In this document: piece after piece, positions 1-7,070 of the stretch
Layout of the letters: every line of letters begins with the position of its first letter
Numbering within the stretch: the stretch's first letter is position 1
NCBI GenBank assembly: GCA_017552515.1
Contig: JAFZPK010000193.1
Location: 1 to 45,045, forward strand
Origin: Deltaproteobacteria bacterium
GTDB lineage: Bacteria > Desulfobacterota > Desulfuromonadia > Desulfuromonadales > JAAYDE01
Reading direction: 5' to 3'
DNA: 45,045 nt
The notes under the pieces: model-generated
What the model was told of the DNA's origin: nothing
The model's database searches: none
Seen by the model: the letters and a program-made list of their open reading frames with translations, nothing else
Program-made: the position numbers and the translations under genes

Positions 1-153
1 CGGGTTTTCTGCTCCAGCACTTCACGATCAAGGCCAAACACATACCCATGATAAGGGCAAAAGCCGATCGTCGTTTCTGTGGCCTTCTGGGCGGTTATTT
101 TGTGACGCCGCCGTAAATTAGCTACGGGGCTTTCACGCGATTTCTTACTTTAG

Positions 154-390
154 TTATTCCGGGATATCCTGTAATCCGTAATCATCCTGAACATACTTTT
201 TTGCCTGTTCTGGCGTAAGTTCAAAATGGTCTACTCGCCACTTCCAGTCTCCAATCCTTGCATATAAATAGCGCCAATCCCAATCTGACCATTTATTGTT
301 CTTGTGCCACAACGATTGGGCTTTATCTCCCTTCGTTCTTATAAGTACACAATGGTCAGTCCAATAACGATATCCATTATCTTCCGCCAC
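154..390 (-). CDS. Small Trp-rich protein, paralogue A (78 aa), unknown function
   Basis: The ORF track gives 154-405 from a TTG. I prefer GTG at 390 because GGAGG (403-399) lies exactly 8 nt upstream, the same geometry as the paralogue at 429-668. By hand alignment it shares about 45 of 74 positions with that ORF (GYxYWxDH, RTKGDKA, IGDWKWR, EQAK, YGLxDIPE). Confidence 0.6.
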   Translation of the reverse strand: MAEDNGYRYWTDHCVLIRTKGDKAQSLWHKNNKWSDWDWRYLYARIGDWKWRVDHFELTPEQAKKYVQDDYGLQDIPE

Positions 391-428
391 GGTATTCACC
401 TCCAATCTTTAAGGTTCCAATTGGTGGG

Positions 429-668
429 TTATTCGGGAATATCGTCCAGGCCATAACAAATCTTTGCAAGTCGCTTCGCTTGCTCCAGTGTAAGTTCCCG
501 ATTCTCAAGCCGCCACTTCCAATCTCCGATATTTGCAAACTCATTGCGCCATTTCCACTCTGACCATTTTATCGGATTATTCCATAGCGCCCACGCCTTA
601 TCTCCCTTGGTCCGAACAAGAAGATCGTGATCGGCCCAATAACTATAACCGTTCTTATCTGCCTCCAT
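429..668 (-). CDS. Small Trp-rich protein, paralogue B (79 aa), unknown function
   Basis: The ORF track gives 429-686 from a TTG. ATG at 668 is preceded by GGAGG (681-677) with an 8-nt spacer. It is a tandem paralogue of 154-390 and has 8 Trp in 79 aa. Confidence 0.6.
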   Translation of the reverse strand: MEADKNGYSYWADHDLLVRTKGDKAWALWNNPIKWSEWKWRNEFANIGDWKWRLENRELTLEQAKRLAKICYGLDDIPE

Positions 669-725
669 GATATTCGCCTCCATCAATCAATTCGTTGGCC
701 GTAGGGGCAAAGTTCCTAGCCGCCA

Positions 726-1112
726 TTACTCGCCCCTAAATGCCGCCTTGCCCATCTCAATAAGTTGTTCCGGGGTGAAACTGGATAGATCGAAGGTTGT
801 CCCCTTTGGCGTCATACTTCCGTCGGGGCTTGTCATCTCTATCTGGCTGGTTTCTCTCATTCCAAGCTGTGTCTTGCAGTAAAAGAGCAGTTCCGCCGTA
901 TGTCCCGCCTTAGCCCGGTCAAAGAGCGTTTTTCGGATCGACAGGTGGGCTTCGCGTTTGCCCTTTTTCAGCTCCCTTTGATAAAGCCGGTGCATGGTTT
1001 CAACTGACATGTCAATGCGCCCGGCTATATCTTCTTCAGGTTCCCCATATTGGGCGCACACCTGTACGAGCTTTGCTTCCTGCGGGTTATATTTTTTTCG
1101 TGGTCTCGCCAT
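726..1112 (-). CDS. HTH DNA-binding protein, small-terminase-like (TerS/packaging-redirection candidate)
   Basis: The ORF track gives 726-1163; the internal ATG at 1112 gives MARPRKKYNPQEAK.... The basic N-terminus plus an HTH-like segment (EEDIAGRIDMSVETMHRLY) and a later AELLFYCKTQLGMRE motif resemble the IFWLKNRxGWRD motif I associate with phage small terminase subunits. The assignment is from memory, not from a search. Confidence 0.5.
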   Translation of the reverse strand: MARPRKKYNPQEAKLVQVCAQYGEPEEDIAGRIDMSVETMHRLYQRELKKGKREAHLSIRKTLFDRAKAGHTAELLFYCKTQLGMRETSQIEMTSPDGSMTPKGTTFDLSSFTPEQLIEMGKAAFRGE

Positions 1113-1301
1113 TTCTTTTTTATAACTCCGAAAAATTAACCTCCAGCGCAACCGGCAACCCAATTAAATTTCCGATCGTGGTTACCAACATAATAGGCTA
1201 GTCTGTTGTCAATCGGCGGCCTGTGCGCCCCGTGAAGGCACGATCTCCGGCCCGCCCTTATCCTGATACTCACCGAAAGAAGATCGCGCCCTGTGGGAAG
1301 A

Positions 1302-2090
1302 CTATGCCGCCGCCGTTTTCTTCTCCCACAACGCCGCCCAGTATTTTCGTTCTTCAGATGTCAGCGGCTCGTTCCACCGGCCACACCATTTCGGGCAGTC
1401 CTTCCGGCAGATCCACATATCCAGGAACGGGCAGAATGTCACCACACCGCGCCGCCGTTCCTTCTCCAGCTCGTTGTTGAACTCTTCCAGAGTAGTACAC
1501 CCTTCGGATGGTTGAGACGGCTTCCAGCCCTTGCAGGGCTCCAGCACCGCCATGATCTCCCGCCGGTGTTTGCAGGCATAGAGCCAGCATTGCCACTCAC
1601 AGTCAGCGGGAAGCACCTTTGCAGCGCGTGTCGGAAGTGCGCCCGGCCTCACATCCCAGAACTTCTCCCAGCCTTGCCTAACTGCCCAAACCACTTGGCC
1701 AGCGTCATTCTGGGACAGGTCAAGCCCCACATCCCGGAACCATGCCAGATGGAAGCCGCCCTGGAACCATGCCTCATTCCTCAACTCTTGCAGGATCTCC
1801 CGTTCATGTACCCGGCAATACTGGCGGCACTTCTCCCGCCGATCCTCTGGCAGGTTCTCCAGCCCCAGCACCTCGAAAGAATCACCGGCTAGCACCGGCA
1901 CAAGACCAGCCTTGCGAAGGATGGACAGGGAAGAAGGCTTTTTATTTTTTGGATATATAATCCCAATATTCCCAGTATTCCCAAAATCCTTCTTTTTACC
2001 ATTGCAAGACTGGATTTTGGTATTTACGGGAATATTGGGACTAAGTACGTCATTTTTAAAACCGCTTCCGAACTTTTCCCATAATCCCAT
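1302..2090 (-). CDS. Hypothetical Cys/Trp-rich protein (262 aa)
   Basis: ATG at 2090 lies 4 nt after the primase stop, with a GAAGGGGTGA Shine-Dalgarno inside the primase 3' end. Amino-acid composition is balanced, whereas the antisense ORF 1293-1892 is Pro/Leu/Arg-rich. Several Cys clusters are present (CRQYC, CEWQC...C, CPF...C...CPKWC). I recognise no family. Confidence 0.6.
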   Translation of the reverse strand: MGLWEKFGSGFKNDVLSPNIPVNTKIQSCNGKKKDFGNTGNIGIIYPKNKKPSSLSILRKAGLVPVLAGDSFEVLGLENLPEDRREKCRQYCRVHEREILQELRNEAWFQGGFHLAWFRDVGLDLSQNDAGQVVWAVRQGWEKFWDVRPGALPTRAAKVLPADCEWQCWLYACKHRREIMAVLEPCKGWKPSQPSEGCTTLEEFNNELEKERRRGVVTFCPFLDMWICRKDCPKWCGRWNEPLTSEERKYWAALWEKKTAAA

Positions 2091-2094
2091 CTCG

Positions 2095-4644
2095 TCACCC
2101 CTTCAGGGCTTTGGGATTCACAAGGTAATTGGGTCGTGCCGGACGCCCAGCTCCCGTTCGTTCCCCAGATGGAAGCTCGTAGATGTAGAAGCATTCCCGC
2201 AGCTCTTTGAGAGCCGGAATCAGCTTGTCAACGTGGCGGAAAAATCCTTTTGTGCCCTGCCATACTTCGCGGAAAGTGAACCGACTGGATCCCGTCCGTT
2301 CTATCCATTCAAGGACTTTTTTCGCGCCGTTCGTCGCCTCGTCTGTACCCATCAGCTCATAGGCTTTTTTCGCGTGTCTGCTCAGCGCAGCCCCCATTCT
2401 AATTGCCTTTTCCATGGTCTCCGGCGCTATCTTCTCCTCCCATGGTTTGTCATAGGAAACCAGATGGAAAAGTCCCGCCAGCCTCACCACAAAACCGGCA
2501 ATCTTGCCGCCCCAATCCTGCATGAATTCAAACTCGCCGCCCGGCCTTAACGCTTCTTCCACGCCCTCGGAAAATTGGATCCATCGCTCAAGCGCTCCCG
2601 GCGAAAGCTCCAGATTGATCGGTTCTGGTCGTTCACCATCAGCCCACCATTCAGAGGGGAGAAGGCGGTTGATCACGGCATGGAACGCGCTTTGGGTCTC
2701 TTCCTGCATCGGTTTTGGATCTCTTACATTGCGCCTTCCCATGTTGCTCGCCGGGTAGAAGTAGAGAATGCGGCAGTCCCCCCCGCGCCCTCGGAATACT
2801 TCTGACGCGCTTCGCCGCGTCAGTACAACTTCCTGCGCGGTAATGCCCACCGTCAACAATGGCTCTTTAAGAATGACGGTCCCCGTTTTTCGTGGAATCC
2901 GGCACGGCATTCCAAAGCACCCTTTTAAAAACAAATCCAAATTGGGAACGCCTCTGCTGTACATCCCCGCCAGAATCTCAAAAACTCCAGCTTCGTCGGA
3001 AAGAAGCGCCATCCGCTCATTTTGCTCTTCCATAAGCACGGAAAGCGCCTCAGGGGTCGGGGAATCCGTCCATAGGGCAGGCACGCGCAATTCTGGCGGC
3101 ATTTCATCTTCAAGGTCCCGGATTTCGTCAAGAATCTTCTGCCGGTCCTCGTTCTTGCATTTGGCGTATTCGTTGTTTTTAAGCTCAATCCTCTTGGTCA
3201 ACGCTTTGCGAATACGGTTCCTTCGTTCGATTTCCGGCTCCAGTCTCTCTCTTTGACGGTCTTCCCATTCAATAAGCGGCTTCATCGCCGCTTTGACTAC
3301 TGCGGATTTCCGGTTGGAAGCGTTCAAAATGCACAACGTGTAGAGACACAGCCATTCAAAATAATTTTCCCTGACATGGACTCTGTAAATTAGAGCCGCC
3401 GCCGTCGCCACTACTGCAAGCACCATGGAAACAGTCAGTTCAAAAGGCACCTGAACTTCTTCTGTCAATTCTGCGCAATAATCGCCCAATACCGGCGGCA
3501 ACATGTCCCGCGTGATTTGGGGCAATTCCGCATCAGTCAGAAGAACCGGTTCATCCCATTCAAAGCCTTCTTCACCGGGTTTCGGTCCGCCATCTGTTCC
3601 CTCCCTTGCTGGCGCGTTCCGTGGCATTGCCGCCTTCCAAGCGCTCGCCATCGTCTTGTGAATCTCGGAATCTGACAGGCCCGTTTCCCTCGCCATCGCC
3701 TCAATCGCTGCATAAACCTCTTCGCCATCCAGAGCGCCGCCTTTTGCCAACCCGGCAAGCTTGATCGTCACCTCGTTCAACGTGTCATTCCGGGTGCCTT
3801 TTGAAGCGTCCTTCAGCACTGCCAGCTCATCCTCAAGCGCCTTGCGGCCATACGCTGTCCCACCATTCGGAGTCACCCCGGCAACCTGCGCCACTGGTAA
3901 GGATGGAGCAGGCTTTTCTTTCTTTTTCGTGACAAGTTCCAGCAGGGGAGCAGGTGTTTCAGCAGGCAGAACTGGAAATATGACTTTGTACGCTTTGCCG
4001 TTATCAAGGTTTGTGTATGGCGGGATACAAGCATAACCGTCATCACCTCGTATATCCACACCGGGCAAAATCCCGGCTTTGGTCACGATCTCTACGCCAG
4101 CGGGCACTTCATAGCAGTAGTGAACACCGTCGCTGGGCGTTTTAATGGTCAATGTCCTCGGTGGAAATTCCAGCCCATGCGCCTGGAAAAACTCCCTGAT
4201 GGTTTCTCGCCCGTCTGCGGTCATTTTTCCTGTTTTCTTGTCCAATTTCGGAACGTCACCATCGAATACCCAAAAGCCATTTGTTGCCCCCGTGGGCGCG
4301 CCCCACATGCAACCGGCATACTGTTTTGTCCATGCCTCAAGCTGTGCCGGGTCGTTGGTGGCATCTTTGAAACCATGTGCCGTCAATGGCGCTTTGGCTC
4401 TATGATCTTCGTCAATGGTCCTCGCCCTGCATGGAAAGCGTTTCAGGCCGTCAAACCACTTCTGGACAGCAGTTTCACCCACAGCCGGATCCAGCTTGCC
4501 GCCCGCGCCAGCATCACTGCCGGACGCGGCAAACGTTGCGGTCAGTTCTTCAGGAGAAATATAAACGTCCGTTTCCTCATCGTTTGTGAAAACCAAATCG
4601 GCCAGGTCATCAACCGGCCCGGAAATGCTCGGATTTTCTGTCAT
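2095..4644 (-). CDS. Replication protein: bifunctional primase-polymerase (Prim-Pol) N-terminal domain + PriCT-like + DUF3987 helicase-like C-terminal domain
   Basis: The 849-aa ORF starts at ATG 4644. The motif APLTAHGFKDAT...GAPTGATNGFWVFDGD...DGVHYCY...GVDIRGDDGYACIPP is characteristic of Prim-Pol (PF09250-type). NDTLNEVTIKLAGL is PriCT-like. The C-terminal half resembles DUF3987/YfjI-type proteins. Confidence 0.9.
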   Translation of the reverse strand: MTENPSISGPVDDLADLVFTNDEETDVYISPEELTATFAASGSDAGAGGKLDPAVGETAVQKWFDGLKRFPCRARTIDEDHRAKAPLTAHGFKDATNDPAQLEAWTKQYAGCMWGAPTGATNGFWVFDGDVPKLDKKTGKMTADGRETIREFFQAHGLEFPPRTLTIKTPSDGVHYCYEVPAGVEIVTKAGILPGVDIRGDDGYACIPPYTNLDNGKAYKVIFPVLPAETPAPLLELVTKKKEKPAPSLPVAQVAGVTPNGGTAYGRKALEDELAVLKDASKGTRNDTLNEVTIKLAGLAKGGALDGEEVYAAIEAMARETGLSDSEIHKTMASAWKAAMPRNAPAREGTDGGPKPGEEGFEWDEPVLLTDAELPQITRDMLPPVLGDYCAELTEEVQVPFELTVSMVLAVVATAAALIYRVHVRENYFEWLCLYTLCILNASNRKSAVVKAAMKPLIEWEDRQRERLEPEIERRNRIRKALTKRIELKNNEYAKCKNEDRQKILDEIRDLEDEMPPELRVPALWTDSPTPEALSVLMEEQNERMALLSDEAGVFEILAGMYSRGVPNLDLFLKGCFGMPCRIPRKTGTVILKEPLLTVGITAQEVVLTRRSASEVFRGRGGDCRILYFYPASNMGRRNVRDPKPMQEETQSAFHAVINRLLPSEWWADGERPEPINLELSPGALERWIQFSEGVEEALRPGGEFEFMQDWGGKIAGFVVRLAGLFHLVSYDKPWEEKIAPETMEKAIRMGAALSRHAKKAYELMGTDEATNGAKKVLEWIERTGSSRFTFREVWQGTKGFFRHVDKLIPALKELRECFYIYELPSGERTGAGRPARPNYLVNPKALKG

Positions 4645-4661
4645 GTCCCAAAGCCTTTCGG

Positions 4662-4705
4662 ATAAAAAAAGGGCGTCCCAAGACTCGAAAGCTCAGAGCG
4701 CCCTT
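4662..4705 (-). terminator. Terminator-like hairpin plus T7 run in the leader, 17 nt upstream of the primase start codon
   Basis: On the minus strand the sequence reads AAGGGCG-(23 nt)-CGCCCTT followed by TTTTTTTAT (arms 4699-4705 and 4669-4675, T-run 4662-4668). The large loop makes it weak as a classical intrinsic terminator. Confidence 0.3.
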
Positions 4706-4759
4706 GAATAAAAATACCTTAAACATCAATAACTTATGAGATTTGCAGAGGCTTTTTCT

Positions 4760-4788
4760 TTGACATGATTGGCAGGTTTTTGTATCCT
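4760..4788 (+). promoter_or_regulatory. Sigma70-like promoter, plus strand
   Basis: TTGACA (4760-4765), a 17-nt spacer, then TATCCT (4783-4788). It points away from the primase gene into an intergenic segment. Confidence 0.35.
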
Positions 4789-4794
4789 ATATGT

Positions 4795-4892
4795 CCTTTC
4801 AGGGACATGTTATGCAAAGATACCATCGACACCTGCCATACCATGTCTGGATCGCCCGGTTCTCTCTCCAAAAAACCGGGCTTTCCTTTTTC
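4795..4892 (+). ncRNA. Candidate ~100-nt small RNA of the mobile element (promoter, 5' stem-loop, intrinsic terminator)
   Basis: The predicted start lies just after the -10 box. The palindrome ATGTCC-N6-GGACAT (4791-4808) sits at the 5' end. An 8-bp stem GCCCGGTT/AACCGGGC (4854-4861 and 4874-4881) is followed by CTTTCCTTTTTCGG. No credible ORF is contained between promoter and terminator. Confidence 0.25.
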
Positions 4893-4917
4893 GGCCCCAT
4901 CCATTTTCACACTCCCA

Positions 4918-5103
4918 TCATTTTTTCAGCCTTTCAAGACAGCCGGAATCGCAGCTACAACGCGCATCAAAGCGATCGGCGATAGCGTTCACGTGCTTTT
5001 GAAGCGAGCCAATCAGCGCGCATGAACAACAATCTGGCTGCAAGTTTTGCTCAAAATCGTCCAGTGCTTTAAAAAGGATTGAAATGTCAGTGCCCACATT
5101 CAT
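4918..5103 (-). CDS. Hypothetical Cys-rich small protein (61 aa)
   Basis: ATG at 5103 overlaps the stop of the upstream ORF (TGATG). The sequence is MNVGTDISILFKALDDFEQNLQPDCCSCALIGSLQKHVNAIADRFDARCSCDSGCLERLKK, with 6 Cys in clusters. Confidence 0.45.
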   Translation of the reverse strand: MNVGTDISILFKALDDFEQNLQPDCCSCALIGSLQKHVNAIADRFDARCSCDSGCLERLKK

Positions 5104-5288
5104 CAAGCAGTGCCTCCTTCCGCCTTCCATTCATCATGCAGCCTGCGGATATCATCCAGCGTCAGACAGCTTGCATCCTGTATGCGGCCTATTCTGTCAT
5201 TTATTGCATCAATCTCCCAGAGTAATTGCCGTATAGCCCGGCCCCTTTTCCCGCCAATACGAAGTTTCGATTCAAAGGTTTTGTTCAT
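5103..5288 (-). CDS. Hypothetical small protein (61 aa)
   Basis: ATG at 5288 overlaps the alpA stop (ATGA), indicating translational coupling. The sequence begins MNKTFESKLRIGGKRGRAIRQLLWEIDAINDRIGRIQD.... Confidence 0.45.
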   Translation of the reverse strand: MNKTFESKLRIGGKRGRAIRQLLWEIDAINDRIGRIQDASCLTLDDIRRLHDEWKAEGGTA

Positions 5289-5533
5289 GCAAGCCCCCCC
5301 ATTCCTGCGGCTTTTCCGACATCCGCACACGTATCCGCCCCCTTTTTCCATTCGCCCCTTAAAGCGGCTTCAACCTCGGAGCGGAACCACCGGGGGGAAC
5401 GTTCGGACAGATACCGCGCTTTTGGGAACCGTTCCGCCGCGATCAAGCGGTCGAGTGTGCTTTTTCCAATTTTACACAACGCGCATGTTTCAGATTTGGT
5501 CAAAGCCTCATCCCTTTTTGACACTTCATCCAT
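5285..5533 (-). CDS. alpA: AlpA-family phage regulatory protein / excisionase-like HTH
   Basis: The 82-aa protein contains LTKSETCALCKIGKSTLDRLIAAERFPKARYLSERSPRWFRSEVEAAL, the typical AlpA/MerR-like HTH followed by the W-R-x-x-E-V pattern. It sits next to a P4-type integrase. Confidence 0.85.
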   Translation of the reverse strand: MDEVSKRDEALTKSETCALCKIGKSTLDRLIAAERFPKARYLSERSPRWFRSEVEAALRGEWKKGADTCADVGKAAGMGGLA

Positions 5534-5588
5534 GATGGAAAACCTTTCTGCCCAAAGGGCTTTTTGGTGTCATAATTGGCACTATGGA

Positions 5589-5618
5589 ATAATGAGATAA
5601 AGGCATCCGACTTGTCAA
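5589..5618 (-). promoter_or_regulatory. Candidate promoter of the alpA operon
   Basis: On the minus strand: TTGACA (5618-5613), an 18-nt spacer, then CATTAT (5594-5589), about 55 nt upstream of the alpA ATG. Confidence 0.35.
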
Positions 5619-5722
5619 GCTGAAACCGGAATCAGTGTGACAATGGCCTTTTATGCACGGTTGAATATCGTAAAAAAAATACATTGATTTTCTTTGCATC
5701 CGTATCATTTTATTTCCAATCG

Positions 5723-5773
5723 TATAACAAATTGTTATAAAAATTTGATTTTTTTGATTACAAAAAATCAAAT
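5723..5773. promoter_or_regulatory. Two adjacent perfect palindromes in an AT-rich spacer between int and alpA
   Basis: TATAACAA-A-TTGTTATA (5723-5739, 8-1-8) and ATTTGATTTTTT-(7 nt)-AAAAAATCAAAT (5743-5773, 12-bp arms). They may be operators, or an AT-rich terminator for int, whose stop is at 5821. Confidence 0.35.
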
Positions 5774-5820
5774 ATGCATTCTTTATTTTTTTATTTACTC
5801 AAACTTTGCTTCAGGGTTCT

Positions 5821-7050
5821 CTATGGTTCATTCTCCTTTTCAAGTTGTTGACGCGCCTGCTCCCGCAGACTGTCCAAATAATCCGCCCATTCCTGCATCA
5901 TACGAGTTCTTTCTTCTAAATGCTGTGCCCGATTGTATGCGCTCCCCAGCCTATCAGGGACACTATGCGCAAGCTGCGCCTCTATCGCATCCGGGGAAAA
6001 GTGCAATCGTTCATGTAACATGGTGCGGGCCATTGCCCTAAAACCGTGAATACACATTGTTTTTCGGTCATATCCCATGCGGATCAAGGCGTTGCGAAGT
6101 CCTTCTGACGTCAATGGTTTTGCCGCGTCTCTCTGCGAAGGGAAAACCAGATCGCCACGCCGCCGGAAAGGTTCCATCTCCCCAAAAAGCTTTAGCGACT
6201 GTCTTGACAATGGGACAAGATGATCGCGCTTCATCTTCATCCGCGCCGCCGGAATGGTCCAGGTTGCCGCCTTAAGGTCAATCTCTGGCCATCGTGCGCC
6301 GCGTAATTCGCCGCTTCTAACGAACAGATAGGACATTAACCGCAAGGCATATCGCATACTGACGTCGCCCGGATAGCTTTCAATCGCCAGCATCAACCGT
6401 CCCACTTCTGCCGGATCGATAATGGCTGACCGGTGGACAACTGGCGGTGCTTTGGGCAGATATTCCGACAGCTTATAGGACGGATCCTGCGCTGTGTATT
6501 TCATCAAAAGAGCATAACGACATATCTGCCCGGTGAGCTGGTACATGCGCCCCTGCAAATCCCGGTAATGCGACAGAGGTTCCAAGGCCGCCAAAATGTC
6601 ACGGGGTTCCAATGACGCCATAGACACATCTCCAATTTGGGGGAAAATGTGTTTCTCTAAGCGCTGCCAAACATCTCTTCGGTATCCTTCGGATTTGTCC
6701 GCCATTTGCTTTTCAAACCACTCAAGAGCGGTCCGCTGGAAGGTCTGTTTCTCTGCCTGTGACTGTCTCAGGGCTTGCGCCGCTTCTTCCCGCCGTGCGT
6801 CCATTGGGTTAATGCCTTGCGCCAATAGCTCTTTGGCCTTTTCCCTATGTTTCCTGGCCATTGTGAGCGACACAGCCGGATATTCCCCAAAGGATATGGT
6901 CAGGCGCTTCGTACGCTGAAAGCGGTAATCCATCCGCCAGTATTTCCGGCCCTGCGCCGTGACAATCAGGTAAAGCCCCCCGCCATCCGCTTTTCTGTAC
7001 TGCATACCAGTAGCTTTCAGGTGCTTGATTGCGTAGTCAGTCAACGGCAT
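5821..7050 (-). CDS. int: Tyrosine-type site-specific integrase, P4-like (DUF4102 arm-binding N-terminus)
   Basis: The 409-aa protein has the N-terminus MPLTDYAIKHLKATGMQYRKADGGGLYLIVTAQGRKYWRMDYRF, typical of P4-family integrases. The C-terminal catalytic region contains HGFRAMARTML and LGSAYNRAQ (catalytic Tyr). An AAGGGGA RBS precedes the start, and the gene is adjacent to a tRNA 3' end. Confidence 0.95.
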   Translation of the reverse strand: MPLTDYAIKHLKATGMQYRKADGGGLYLIVTAQGRKYWRMDYRFQRTKRLTISFGEYPAVSLTMARKHREKAKELLAQGINPMDARREEAAQALRQSQAEKQTFQRTALEWFEKQMADKSEGYRRDVWQRLEKHIFPQIGDVSMASLEPRDILAALEPLSHYRDLQGRMYQLTGQICRYALLMKYTAQDPSYKLSEYLPKAPPVVHRSAIIDPAEVGRLMLAIESYPGDVSMRYALRLMSYLFVRSGELRGARWPEIDLKAATWTIPAARMKMKRDHLVPLSRQSLKLFGEMEPFRRRGDLVFPSQRDAAKPLTSEGLRNALIRMGYDRKTMCIHGFRAMARTMLHERLHFSPDAIEAQLAHSVPDRLGSAYNRAQHLEERTRMMQEWADYLDSLREQARQQLEKENEP

Positions 7051-7070
7051 ATAATCCCCTTTTGGCTTTT

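Noticed and set aside
1-153. Edge ORFs: a plus-strand frame open from the window start to TAA at 114-116 (...GFLLQHFTIKAKHIPMIRAKADRRFCGLLGGYFVTPP), and minus-strand frames running out of the window (MGMCLALIVKCWSRKP... from ATG at 49, or ...GFCPYHGYVFGLDREVLEQKT with no in-window start).
   Set aside because: It is too short and truncated to decide strand or frame. No clear RBS is present and codon bias is not decisive. The upstream contig is needed.
1293-1892. 199-aa plus-strand ORF antisense to the 262-aa orphan.
   Set aside because: It has the Pro/Leu/Arg-rich composition typical of a shadow frame. The minus-strand ORF has an SD, an ATG 4 nt after the primase stop and balanced composition.
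4765-5025. Three overlapping plus-strand ORFs (64-86 aa) in the int-pri intergenic gap.
   Set aside because: They read straight through a strong terminator hairpin, have no RBS and have odd composition. The region is better explained as regulatory or small-RNA sequence.
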